Assembly: GCA_012295275.1 (NCBI GenBank)
Contig: CM022678.1
Location: forward strand, 19,406,001 to 19,470,000
From: Chrysomallon squamiferum
Lineage: Eukaryota > Animalia > Mollusca
Direction: 5' to 3'
Length of the DNA: 64,000 nt
Shown one piece after another: positions 44,828 to 58,677 of the stretch; within the stretch, counting starts at the first letter, position 1; each line of letters begins with the position of its first letter. Below the pieces are notes generated by a model, which was not told the origin of the DNA, made no database searches, and saw only the letters and a list, made by a program, of their open reading frames with translations. Position numbers and translations under genes: made by a program.

Positions 44828-45431
44828 TTAAACCATATACTTGCAAAAGTCAGGAATAAGAACATTTTTAAAAATATTTAAAATACTAATAAAAGGAGAT
44901 ATCTATGTTTTATTTTTCACTTATTATTTTTATTTTTTATTACTTTTTTTATTATTATTATTATTTTTAGATAACATAAAACAATAATAAACAAATAAAT
45001 AAATGAAATATCTCAGGTTTCTAACTAGGCAGGCCCAGCAGCTCCGTACCCTTATTTACATTTATGAGCGTACGTGAGGTAAACATAGCGCACTTATCAG
45101 CCTATGTATAACAGCACAGAAAAATAAACGTGTTTGCAAAATTAGATCACGGAGTTTGAATTAAATGTAGCGAGTAAACAGATCCAGAAGATATAAGAAA
45201 TATTTATTAGTAGCGTTTTCTTTCTTTCTTTCTTTTTACATTACTTTGAGGAACCAAAGCTGTGCAGTGTTTAGCATACTTTCTGCGTCAGAGAATAGAA
45301 GCGAAATAACCTGCGTCTACATTTTAAATGTAAAAAATTGAAATACTAAAATAATAATAATTATTATAAACAGATTTTTGTCTCATATTTCTGTAACACT
45401 TGATTTATTTCTATAAGTTACAAAAAAAAAA

Positions 45432-45462
<31 letters not shown>

Positions 45463-45893
45463 AAAAAAAACAAAAAAACAAACAAACAAAAAAACATTGT
45501 AATAACAGATTTTAAATCAAACTTACACATTCTCGCTGGACGTTCCTTACTCTCAAACGAACAGTCCAAAACTTTTTGCTTTACTATTTCAATGTCATAT
45601 AAATCAGGTGTCTACTTTCCTTATTTAAATTCGAAGAGTCAATACAGTAAATGTAGATAAACAATCTATATAAGGTACTTATGACCTCGTCGCATGACAA
45701 CAATGTAAACACATTCACGACAACACCACCTTATTATGGCTACGTGCTCTTTAGGTTATCATGCCCGGACATAGTCCATTTTATTATGAAATTGCTAACA
45801 CAATATAAAACTGAGTTTTTCGAGATCAGTTTGATCCTGAGGTCTTCCTAATTTTATTAACTTAACTTTTATATATATTTTTTATGTTCTGTT

Positions 45894-45989
<96 letters not shown>

Positions 45990-46268
45990 TAATTTCAACG
46001 TCCAGGACAGGTATATTTACGCTATCCAATTCTTACTGCCGTTGGCAATCTTTAGCATCCAGTTTTGCAAATGTTTCTCTTATGTGCCAAGCGGAGTTTC
46101 GTGCTGTTGCTTCGTTTGCTGCTCTTTATAACAGAGTGTGTTAATAGATTATCCTTGAATCACGTGCAAAAGAAAAGAGAAAAAATGTTTAAGCATATTT
46201 AGAAACTATTTATGACTTACGTGTGTGTCTCTTTTGTTTCAGTGTGCGCATGCGTTTCTCAGTATGTC

Positions 46269-46379
<111 letters not shown>

Positions 46380-47287
46380 TTTTATGAGGTTTTGTTTAAC
46401 GATGACACATGACAATAAAACTAATTTCTATCATGGCTTGGGAAAAATATTCTATGATTATGTTACAGTGTTACAGTCTGTGTGTCTCTATATATTGATG
46501 TGGCGATCTACATCTAAAATTTATTTATTGTTCATTCATCGCATTAGTACTGCTGCCGATATTTTGATTTGTTCATTTAATTCGTTTTCTTTTATTTATT
46601 TATTTATTTATTTATTTTTATTTTTATTTTTTTTCAGAACCTCCGGTTTTGAAACTTGACTGGATAGTTGTTCCTTAACAAAACACGACACTGCTAATTT
46701 TTATTTATTTCCTTAACAACCATTTTTATTATGATTAGTAGTCGTCGTAGAAATACTGTTAATAGGAACAGTAATGATAGTAGAAAGAGCAGTAGTAGAG
46801 TTTTATTCGTTCATATTGTTTCTATATTTTAAATGTGAAACGAATTTGAAGATGAAAAAGAAATTCAAATTTAAATTAAATTCATTTTCACTGTATTATT
46901 CTTGCTGTCGTTGATGCCAATGATGTAATAGTAGTAATTGTCTCACTTGATGCCGTTCTTGTCGCCATTCTTGTCGTTGATGCTGTCAGTTTTATTGTTG
47001 TTTTCTATTTCTTCCCGTTTTTATTATTATTATTATTATTACTATTATTATTATTATGAAGCTGAAAAGGTCAAAATTTTGGTGTAAACATTTCATCTGA
47101 TGGCAGTAACACAAAGCTTTTATATAAAAATAAGATTAATTAAAACTTGTTACACTTCCAACTCAAATATACAAAAACATCAAACATTATTCACATACAA
47201 AGATTTTATTATTAACACAATTGGCTGACCAATAGGCACAATTACAATAAAAAAACAATAAAAGAATAGGATACTCTATATCAGCAT

Positions 47288-47293
47288 TTTATT
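47288..47293 (-). terminator. Polyadenylation signal of copy C2
   Basis: Conserved cttgAATAAAatgctga context. Confidence 0.6.
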
Positions 47294-47695
47294 CAAGCAT
47301 AATTACTTTATATATAGATATAGACAGACATATATAGAAAAACATATATTATATTATATTATATTATATTATATTATAAATAAGCATGATACTTATATTA
47401 CACTTTAGATTACACAAATTTAATTTCAACCATAAAGTTTTTGAAAAGTATATTAAAATAACTGTAGACCGTCTGTACAACCTGTACACGTAGATTTAAT
47501 CTTTAAGCTATATATACTGTAGCATCTGTTTATGGATTTATCTTTTGAAAACAGACCATATTTTCCTACTATCGTTTTACATTCCAAAAACTGAAAACTC
47601 AGTAAGGAAAAACATTTCCAATCCAACCATTTTCGAGAAGGAATCCTTATATAATTATAATTATAAGCATAATTGTGGTTGTTTATGTGATTATA

Positions 47696-47737
<42 letters not shown>

Positions 47738-47822
47738 GTTATTATTATTATTTTGATGAATAAAGTCGAACAATCCATGCAGTTCAATTAAAATTCTTGT
47801 CAAGATCTGTAAAGTATCAAAT

Positions 47823-49948
47823 TTACAAACTGACGTCACCATCAACAAGAAGTGGAAAAGTTTCGAAAAGCCAGTACACAGCACTTTTGTCGTCTGTATC
47901 GTCTGGCGGAGTTTTTCCTGTTTTGAGATCATTCAGTTCCATGACTTGGTGAGTCTCTCCTGATTTCAAGCATACAATCATCATTTTCTCATTCTTCGTA
48001 GCAGTTGCTATTGCCAAATCAATCACCTGTTTCCAGTGTGAGTTTGGAGGGTCGGAACTAACAACTACGACAATGCATCGAATAAGAGGCATCAGTCGTT
48101 TGTAAAAATAGATATCATCCATTCCTTCAAAGGCAAGTTCATCATTCCTCGTGACTTCAAGACCTGTATAGTGTTTAAGAATCTCCTGAATTTTCTTTGA
48201 CATCTCAGATGTTTTGCAATCGTCTTTGTCATGGAGAATCATGATATCAGCAGCATTTATTTCACCTTCTTTGTTCGTTTTGTAATAGAACGCAAAAATC
48301 CTTCTGAAACAAGACGTAGCTTTACCCGGTGACTCGCCTCTTGATAGGATATGCTGTGCTGTTTTCAGGTAAACTCGACTGACGAGAAGAAAAGGAATAT
48401 AATCAGCTTGTTGCGTACCCATCAACAGAATTATACAGAATCTGGCCTTTTCGTATTCTTGTCGATAAAGATATTTCTCTGTAGTTCCAATCCAGTGTTC
48501 AGGTCCCTGATACCGGTTTTTAATATTCTCATAAACCGGAAGAGTACGGCCCAATTTACTGATCATAGAGTAAACATCTTTAACTTGCCACGGTATATCT
48601 ACTCCACGTGGACCTTTCGTTTGCTTCAGCAAATCAGTTACTGTTCTGAAATGAGTCCGATATTTATACAGCACTTCTGGCGCAGAAACTTCTATAGCAA
48701 GAGTTCTGTAGTTTATTTCTTCTTTCCTCAGCCGAGCCTGTTCATCTGGAGGAAGTAATGGATTTTTACCTTTTTCAAAACAAATAATACCCATTTTCTT
48801 CAAAGCAGCAACTTTATTGAACGGATTGGTATCAATTTCTTCTCTTTCTATTATATCCTTTAGAACCTCTTCAGCGTCTTCGTAACATTTTCTATTCATG
48901 TAAGCAGAAGCCAAGTCAAGTATAGCACTGTAATTTTCGCCGTGTGTTATATCAACGGACTGTTTTAGATACTTAATCGCACGCTGAAATGTTCTCGGGT
49001 TGCTTTCATTTTCCGCTTTTCTCAGCAGAACTTTTCCCAGGTTTTGAAGACCATATCCTGTCGGCCGAAGCCTCACTGACTCCTCTACCAATCTCTGAGC
49101 GTCATCCAGTTGCCTTCTGTTTAGGAAATGCTTACCGCAGCTTGCAAGTACAAAAGGGTTCTGCTTATCTAAATCAAGAGCTTTCTGGAAATATTCCTCG
49201 CACGAAAGCAGCGTTGTTTGTTGCTTAAACCTTTCTACCACAATTTCATCATCAAATGGTGTGTTTTTTAATTCAAACCGAGTCGCGAATTCCCCGAGCT
49301 CAGCAAACGCCATCGCATTAAACGGTTCTAATCCCTTACTGCCGACTTCTTCTAGCACTTTACAGCATCTAACAGCGTATTCAACCATATCGATATCAGT
49401 ATTAAACGAATAGCTTTGAATGGACATAGTTCGTCTAAGTGTTAGACCCTCTCCGAATTTCCATTCGTATTCTTCTGGATATTTCTCGTTTACTTTTCTG
49501 TACAGCTCCACAGACTTTAGATAAGAAGCTGGTGAAATCCGAGCGTAGCAATAAGCAAGTTCAGCTTCAGCTACAGCACGCATTCTTTCAACGTCTCCCT
49601 TCAGGTTTTCCAGTTCAATTAATTCTGATTCAGCAGAAGGCTTATCGTGTTTTAACAGAAAACGCACACGGTTTGCACGAGCAACAATGTTAGTAGGGTC
49701 ACGACGACGGACTTCTAAATTTGTCTCGATTGCCTTGTCTTGATCTCCTAGCAAAAACTGCATGAAGGAAATAAAATTGACGTCTCGATTTCTTTCCATC
49801 AAACTCTGTTTCTCTTCTTCCGGTTCTCGTTGTAACTTTAAAAGTATTTTTTCTCTACGTTGTTTAGTGCAGAGCATGAGATCTGTGAGATGAAAGGAGT
49901 GAGGAAACGATTCCAGTCTATTTTCCAAGGAAATGTCCTCATCCGTAG
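47823..49948 (-). CDS. TPR (TTC22/IFIT-like) + C-terminal TIR-like protein, copy C2; large terminal exon, intact
   Basis: Uninterrupted frame of about 707 codons homologous to copy A, starting at ttttatttttcag|CTACGGAT (AG at 49950-49949, phase 1). Homology among the paralogs stops at this acceptor. Confidence 0.85.
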
Positions 49949-50399
49949 CTGAAAAATAAAATCTACATAATTGCAGATTTCTGAAAGAATAACTTCGGGG
50001 GAAAAGTGCCTTTCTAAAGGTAAGATGTTCGAAATTGTTTTCTTTTAAAATTGCAGATTCGTAATCACATAATGCTTCATTTACTGAATGTCTCTCTCGC
50101 CATCTTTTTTGTATAAATATGTGTGTTTGTCTGCGTATGTCTGTGTTTTTATTCAGATGTCTGAATATAAATATCTGTAAGAGAGAGAATAACGCGTTTA
50201 TGTAAAAAAGTAGAACAGTTTCGCATGAAGCAGTAATGCAACAAAATACAATTTTTTCATTATCATTGTATCTAGTATTTCTCACCAATTTTTATCCTTG
50301 CAAAATCCGCTTCTAATGACGTTGTGCTGTGTGGTTTCTTCGCAGCCATTATCCTGAAAGAAAGTTATAAAATATTTTAGTAATTTTTTTTTTTCCAGT

Positions 50400-52211
50400 G
50401 TATTGAACATCATACATTTATGTCTATGTTCAGGTCACAGAATAATCAACTAAATTGCATGCGTCTAGATTTTAAAATTAATGAAGAACAATGAAAATAT
50501 TCTATAAAAATGTAAATAAAAATTATAACAATAAAAAGAAAGAAGAAACTGAAAACGAAGAAAAAAAAAACATTTGATACCCTTAAATGAATCATTTTAG
50601 GCTATCAAACTCTTTTTTGGTTCCACAAAAACAATTTATGAGTAGTTTCCTTTTTAAAACGGTAATGTTATGTGTAGGTTTGACTATAAAACAAAATATT
50701 TTTAAAACGAAAGCAAATTCAAAGCGATGAACTTATGATTCCGATTATGATGATCATTATTGTTTAAATTGTTATTATTTTCATTATATTATTATTTTCT
50801 TTCTATCCTTTTTCTTTTTTCTTTTGTCCAGTCTACTAACCTGCAGAAAATAAAACTTTTGCCACCTCAGTCTTGCGGATTCCAAAAAATCTTTCCCATT
50901 GATTTAAGAGATCTTTTTTTCTGAGCTAAGTTGAATTTTTATTTAACGTCTTGTGTTATTTGTTTATTATACTTCTTTCTACAAATAACAGTTATATATC
51001 TAAAGGCAATTCGTGAATCAGATGTTTATTTTGATGGTACCTTAAACTTTATTTCCTACGAAATGAGTCTATTTAGTCAACGTGATAAACATACTGAAAA
51101 CACGCATTACAAATTTTCGTGGAACTAGAAAAATAAGGAAAACTTTCGGCTATTGAATTTATTTGGCTAGATGCTGCATTAAAGAACGTATATGCAAACA
51201 TGAAATAATTTTTTTTTTCTACATAATTTATCTATTAATCTTCTCGAACGTGTCTAAACACAATGAAAACAAACTAGACTAATTTTTGTGGACATAGAAA
51301 TTATAGCTAAATATTTGGATCAATGTTGAAATGAAATAGAACCCAACCAGTACATAACACAGATTTCTACTTTATATCTAATAACGCTAGGACCCCCGAG
51401 AGTTTTAACTGTTATTTACTTTTATCATACAACACGAGTTGAATGTGTGACTACTGAGCCGATATATAAACACACACAAACAGAAACTGCTGTGTCAAAC
51501 TAGGTTATTGAAATAGGTCACTGAAACACACCCGGAAGATGTAAGCAATATTGAAAAAGCTTTTTATAGTATAATTTATCAGTTTCTATAAAATGCAGAA
51601 ACTTCACATGTCTAATGTTTGAGTCAGAGAACAATGAAACAAATGACCTTCGTCTAGATTTTAAATTTAATAATGCTAAAATAAAATAATTAAAATAAAA
51701 ATTATTTGCCTTTCCGTTATCTAAACACTGATATGTATTCGGCCATCAAAATGTTACTGGTTCCAAAAAAAGCAATCTCATCGATTTACGTGTTTTTACC
51801 TTTCCTGAACTAAGCTGAATTTTTAGTTAAATCGCTGTGTTATTTGGTTCTTGGTCATATGTAGATTACACTTCCTTGTTACTATAACTTATATATCAGT
51901 TACATATTCGTGAATCATAGTTATGATTTAATGGACAAGTAATGAACAAACTGTTAAAAATGGAGGATATAAACTGAACAACAAATTTAAATCAAACTTA
52001 CACGTTCTCGCTGGTCTCACTTATAATGAAACGAACTGTCAGTTTATATAACCACTATTTTCTTCTTTCCTTTTTAAATTCCACGAATCGGGTGAGTAAG
52101 AGGAGATAATCACTGTATGCTCTACATAAGACATGTTTTGTAATACGGTTGTGTTATGTGTAGGTTTAAATATTGAGTAAAACATTGTTATTTGGAAAGT
52201 GAATCAATCTG

Positions 52212-52263
<52 letters not shown>

Positions 52264-52600
52264 TCCTTGTTTTTTTTTTTTTTTTCGAAGTAAAATTTTA
52301 TTGATTCCAAAGTCTTTCCCATCGATTTATATCATCTTTTCTTTTCTGACCCAAGCTGAATTTTTATTTAACGTGTTTTTTTATTTGTTTGTAATGCACT
52401 TGTTTATAATACCTGTTTGTAATTATAATCTTAAATATCAAAAGGCAATTCGTGAATCAATCAGATCGATATCTTACTTCAAACTTGAATATTATTTTCT
52501 ACGAAACGTAGCTATTTAGCGAACGTGATCAAACAAATCTGAAACCATGTATTAGTAAATTCCATGAAATTAGAAAAAGATAAAATATAACAGAAACATT
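50400..52600. repeat. More diverged copies of the same spacer modules 5' of C2
   Basis: aacgtgataaac..aattttcgtggaactagaa (51.1 kb), aatcaaacttacacgttctcgctgg (52.0 kb), taggtcactgaaac (51.5 kb). Confidence 0.75.
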
Positions 52601-54819
52601 CGGCCTCTGCGTATACTTCAATAAAATGTTGGAATTTTTCTTATTCAGACCAAACTAAAGGTCCGACCGTCTCTCTGTATGAAGTATATTCGTTGTTCAA
52701 ATGTCGTTTCAGGGGAGAATTATGCGGTGGGGGATCTCAGTTGCACGGCAAATTACCCGGGCTAAAAACAACAACAACAAAAATAATAACAACATCAGCA
52801 ATAATAAAAGCCATATAAGCAATGTTTTATAAAAAGATACTGTTATAATATTATCGTAGTATCAACAATATAAACGCAGTAATGACCGCATTTCTTTATC
52901 ATATGTGTACACATTTACATTTATCGCATGGCAACAGTATAAACACAGTAATGAATGTACATCCTCATATATGTATGTGTTTACAAATATGATATTTCTA
53001 CTCATGAATGAGTTATTTTGTAAAGGAGGCAGGCTGCTTGTTCGTTGTTAATATGGAAATGAAACGTGGATAATAATATCGACAGTTTTGTAATTTCAGC
53101 TTTAAGAGGTAATTTCAATGAAAACTATTTATCTTCTTCTGTTGTGGACAAATTATGAATATTTTAATATATTTTCTAATCCACTCCAATGTATTTCATT
53201 TCACGACAAACATGGCTTCCAAGACTTGAAGTGTTTAGGTCCGGGTACATCTAAATGTCGCGCTGACTCTCTGAGAAGTTAAATTATAAATAAAAACAAA
53301 AATCAATCTTATCTACATTCACGTAGAATGTACACCTTTGTTTATTTGCCAGTATATGTCAGGCGACATTAAAATTATAAATCTGTTGTATTCTCAGATG
53401 AAATCAAAGAGGCAGATAAAAACTTTATAATTTACTCTTATCTTATATGTGTTTACTTATTTAACTTGGTAAAGTCTTTCTTCTTTTGTATTCACTAAGC
53501 CCGACCAGTCTTGTCTGTATGGAGACATTCTATTATCGACAAGTCGAGTCGATCTGATAACAGAACACACTGTTGTGTTAAGTACTTCACGTGATCACTC
53601 AGTGTTAAGTAGTTCACCATGAAACCATTATCCGTACCTGGCACAAAAGGTATGCTAACTTACTTGTTTCGATATCGATATATGAGTAATCATGTCACAT
53701 AGTATTTCTCTTGACAGTAAAGCTTTACGAATAAATTCTGTAAACGTATTTGTTATACACTAAAGAGAGGTGTAAATAATTTCTATTAACATCGGTAATA
53801 ATTCTTTATTATCTAAATGCTGAAAGATATTTCCAAATCTACTATTTATTTATTTATTTTTAAATTAATGTCGGCTATTTATTTATTGTTATATCCAATT
53901 ATTTATTTATTTGTTTCTGTTTTTGTATGTGTTAATACTTGAATTAATTGGATAGGTTAAAGATATTGCCACGTTGTCCATAGCAAAGGTGTTTAATGTA
54001 ATTTGTTTTATGTACATTTATGTGTATAACTTCTAAGTTATCTCCCTTTCTGTGCGTGCAGATCGAGGATTGATGAGGCTAACAGAAAAGTTCGTGTGTC
54101 CTATCAAAGTGTACTCTTTTTATTATAACGAAATTCTTTGTTACGTATTCAACATCTCAGTAATTCTGACTTGTGTTGGTTATAAATTAATTGTTTATAA
54201 TTTTATATTTTGTAATTTTCCTTTTGAGCCTGTGATATTTTTACTCTTTTTTTAAAAACCTATTTTATTTTTTTATTTTTTTTTTATTTTTTTTTTATTT
54301 TTTTTTATTTTTTTTATTGTACGATTTCTTTGTCTATATCCTAATCAAATTAAGCAAATGGTTAGTCCTCAGGAGTTAAACATTTGAAATTATCACATTT
54401 TATTTTCATTGCACATACAGTATCTGCATGATAAGAGCTTGGACTCTGAATGTTTGAAATAAACGGGTAGATAAAGAAGAACGCATTAGGTGAATCAATA
54501 ACGTTACAGTCAAATGTAAGTATTATTTCTAAATACTAGTATATACAGATATACACCTGTCAGTTGTTCTTGCCGTTTGATAAATCTGGTTTCACCAAGC
54601 TGTAAATCTGAAATGAATTTTAAAAGACAAATGCAGTGAGACATATTTATATATAACTAATAATACGAATTGAAAAAAAAAAAATGAAGCTTTGAAATTA
54701 ACTACCATTTATATAGAAAGCATAATAGTAATAATATAATTAAATTTAAAAATAAATACTGAAGCAATCAAGTAAGAAACAACAAGCCTGTTGAAAGAGC
54801 GGCCTAGATAATCTGTCAT

Positions 54820-54870
<51 letters not shown>

Positions 54871-54909
54871 CTGATTTGATTATTTTTCACACACGTCACA
54901 CAGATTACC

Positions 54910-55570
54910 GAGCTTAAAGGTTGAACAAAAGTAAACATCTCCCTAGAGCAGTTTATTTTTATTATTATTACTTTTTAATTATTAGTTCAGTTTATATTTA
55001 TTTATTTTTAAATTTCAGTGTCTTTTCTGTAAGAAATACTTGAACTGGATAAGGGAAATAACTCTTATTACCACTCGCTGATTCATGGCAACCTGAATTC
55101 AAGTTTCAACTAAAAGCTTCAAAACCAGTAACAATTGTTTAGATTAGAGAAATTGTTTCTATATATTATATATATATATTGTCGCCAATATTTACGACTC
55201 ATCTATCAGTTACATTTCAGAAAAGTTATTATGAACACTAAATGCATGCTGAAACAGAGTTTCAACTAAGCAAGGGAAATTAACGTTCAACATATTTTCA
55301 ACATATTATGACGTCATCGCGTATCCTAGACACCAGTGTCTACGAGTCTACAGGCAAAACAGTTAATTAGTGAACAAATAGTTAGAAACGCTGAAATAAA
55401 AACAAAAAGTTCTTTACTGCTGTGTACGTAATTATACCGACAATAACAAACAAACAAACAAACAAACAAACAAACAACAAAAAAAAAAAAATCACAACAC
55501 CACAAACACCCCGTTACGATGCGTTAACGTTTAGTTTATATCTTTAAACACTAAAAGACAGAATTATATT
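54910..55570 (-). repeat. Right arm of the ~600-bp inverted repeat; candidate promoter-like block upstream of the cluster
   Basis: Reverse complement aligns with 2754-3348; contains ATGACGTCAT at 55308-55317. Confidence 0.9.
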
Positions 55571-55932
55571 TATCTCTCTTTCTGTTTCTTTCTTTCTCTC
55601 TTTTCTGTACCGCTCTATGGTTTTTTGGGGGGGTTTGTTTTTGTGACTTGTTTTTTGTCATTAATGTTTATAACGTTATGCTGACCACTGACGTACTTTT
55701 AACGTTTGTTTTAAAAGAAGGAAACAGTTCGTGAATGCTGAGCTATGTTTGCTTTGTTTAAAAATAAGGTACTCAAAGCGTGTTCAGTCTTGTGTTTAAC
55801 CATCACATTAAATCTAGCTGTGTTTCGAAGGAAAACTTGACGCATTAGCTCAACTTTGCACGTGCGCTAGAAGGAAGTAACATAAATAACATATTAAAAA
55901 TAAATAAATAAATAAATAAATAACAAAAATAA

Positions 55933-55963
<31 letters not shown>

Positions 55964-56036
55964 AATAAAATAAAATAAAATAAAATGAAATCAAGAAAAG
56001 AAGATAATAATTATTATTATTATTATGTAATATTTT

Positions 56037-56039
<3 letters not shown>

Positions 56040-56074
<35 letters not shown>

Positions 56075-56097
56075 CTATCTCTCTCTCTCTCTCTCTT

Positions 56098-56132
<35 letters not shown>

Positions 56133-56197
56133 CTATCTCTCTTTCTCTCTGTTTCTCTGTTTCTTTCTCTCTGTTTCTCTGTTTCTCTCTCTTTCTT

Positions 56198-56239
<42 letters not shown>

Positions 56240-56613
56240 AACATTTTTCTTTCTACCTCTCTGTCGTTCTGGCTCTCTCCATCTCACTTTCTATCTTTGT
56301 CTGTCTCTCTGTCTGTCTCTATCTATCTAGCTAGCTATTTCTCTATCTGCAGTCTGTCAGTCTGTCTATCAATCTATGCATCTATGTGTCTGTATTTCTA
56401 TCACTCCATCTTTTGTCTGTAAACATCTGTATATCTCTCTATCTCTCTCTATCTCTTTCAGTCTGTTTCTCTATATGTCAGTCTTTCTATCTTTCTATCT
56501 ACTATGTATCCATCTCTGTCTTTTTATCTGTTTGTTTGTCTGTCTGTCTGTCTGTCTTTATGTCTGTCTCCCTGTATATCTATATCTATATCTATCTATC
56601 TATCTATATATAT

Positions 56614-56652
<39 letters not shown>

Positions 56653-56695
56653 TAGATATAGATATAGATAGATAGATATAGATATAGATATAGAT

Positions 56696-56746
<51 letters not shown>

Positions 56747-56880
56747 TAGATATATATATATCTAATCTATATATCTATTTAATCTATCTAGTGTGCCTAC
56801 CTATCTAAATATGTATCGTATCTGTCTGTCTGTGTATCTGCATGTCTAATTACCTGTCTCTCTATCTACCTATCTACATA
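56040..56880. repeat. Compound microsatellite (CT, TCTG, TCTA, GATA)
   Basis: Visible low-complexity tract. Confidence 0.95.
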
Positions 56881-57621
56881 GCACTTTCCTCATTCTCTTT
56901 CTTCAAAACACCGTGCTATTGTCTGTTTTATTACCAACTTTATTCTAAAAATAACCGTTATTAAAAAATACAGATTAGACAAAAAAAAATCTTTCAGTTA
57001 ATAAATATATTACATAATAACAGGGTCAGTTCAGACGATCACTTTGTGTGTCACGACACTTGCAAAATTAACTGCATTTATATAACAGTTTCACTATAAC
57101 TATCGATTAAAACACAAAAAGATATCTAACTTGTGGCTGACAAGTCTATTTTCAGTGCTATAAAAAACATTTTATCCAAAAAAGTTGGAAAAGCTCAGAA
57201 ACAAAACAAACAACAAAAAAAAAAATTCTGTGAAGACAAATCATTATGATATAACACAAACATATCTGACTTAGAGGTACATTACTCAAATATTGCTTCA
57301 AATATGGCGATTTCCCGTTCTAATCTGTGCTCCAGGACATGTTAATCAGTGCTCCTAGCCAGTGTGCTAATACGAAAGGGTTTTGTGTGTGTGTTTCTGA
57401 TTATAGGGAGGCGCTTATGAAAGATCTGTTGCTTATAATTTTTAAATAATAACCCACTGAATGGCGGTTTCCTCTAACTGAAACAAACAGAAAAGATTCT
57501 TAACCTGCAGACATATATATATATATACATACATACATCTATACATATATGTATACACACACACATGTAGATAGACAGTCAGACAGACAGACAGATAGTG
57601 AAACAGACAGACATAGAACAT

Positions 57622-57625
<4 letters not shown>

Positions 57626-57708
<83 letters not shown>
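57626..57708. repeat. (GA)n microsatellite
   Basis: Pure GA run. Confidence 0.95.
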
Positions 57709-57713
<5 letters not shown>

Positions 57714-58677
57714 CATGTATGCATATGTACACACAAACAAACACACACACGCACAGACACAGAGCACGCACGCATATAATATGTACAATGTATATTTATT
57801 TATAACCCATTACCAATACCAACAAAAAACCCAAACAAACCTGATAACTCGCACAAAAGAACGGACACAAAAGAATGCTGGCCAAAGTGTTAGTTTTAAT
57901 TTATTCTCTACACAATACCTGACACTTTGTAACAAAATGCCAGCGCTAATAAACGAAGACGAAGAAAAGAGAAAGCGTGCACCTCAACACCGTCGCTTTT
58001 CGTGTAATTACTTTTCTGGAATATCGACTTTGGTTACATCACCATCAAACAGGAAGTTATGCGATATCGGGGTCTGTGTAATATTCTTGTCTTCAGATCG
58101 TAGCAATAAGCTAGCAGAAGGTGAGAGAATGGATAACAGCGTTTTCGAGAATATTCCATTGCATCTTCGAAGCACATACTAAGTTGTGTTTGTTCGTCGT
58201 TATTGTTCAAAAAGAAGACGGTGTTTATGATTTCGAAGTATGAACGTTGTTTTCTGTTAATTTTTTCTGTTCATTTAAAATGGAGTTTTAAGACTAATAG
58301 GAAGCTGAGAAGAGCAAGTTGCAGAAACTCGTATTTTCTTTATAATGTGTTTGTTACTGTGTTTATTACTGCTTTCGTTTTCATCTGCCTTATGGTATAA
58401 ATACATGCGATGATGCTGTTATTATTGTGTATTTTCTAGGAATAGTAGTTGTGGTGTTTACAGCAGGAGCAAAAACAGCAGCACTGCATTAGTATAGTAA
58501 TAATAGTAGTGATAGTAGTAATAATCGGAGTAGTTGTAATAATAGTAATAGTAGTAGTAGTAGTAATAGTGGTAATAATAGTAACAGCATAATAGTACTA
58601 CTAAACCTAATGTTAGACATTTATTTCCATAGAATTCGCTTTTATTTTCAGGACAGCAGCGTACAGTTTGGTTCTGC

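Noticed and set aside
49949-50288. 113-aa N-terminal extension of the 821-aa ORF (also 36261-36600 and the poly-Ile extensions of B1/B2)
   Set aside because: Lies upstream of the conserved acceptor, starts at TTG, and is not conserved as protein among paralogs; intronic read-through.
54903-54938. MFTFVQPLSS|GTAATC micro-exon at the inner end of the right inverted arm as first exon
   Set aside because: The donor is weak and phase 0, incompatible with the phase-1 acceptors without an extra exon; it is absent in the left arm.
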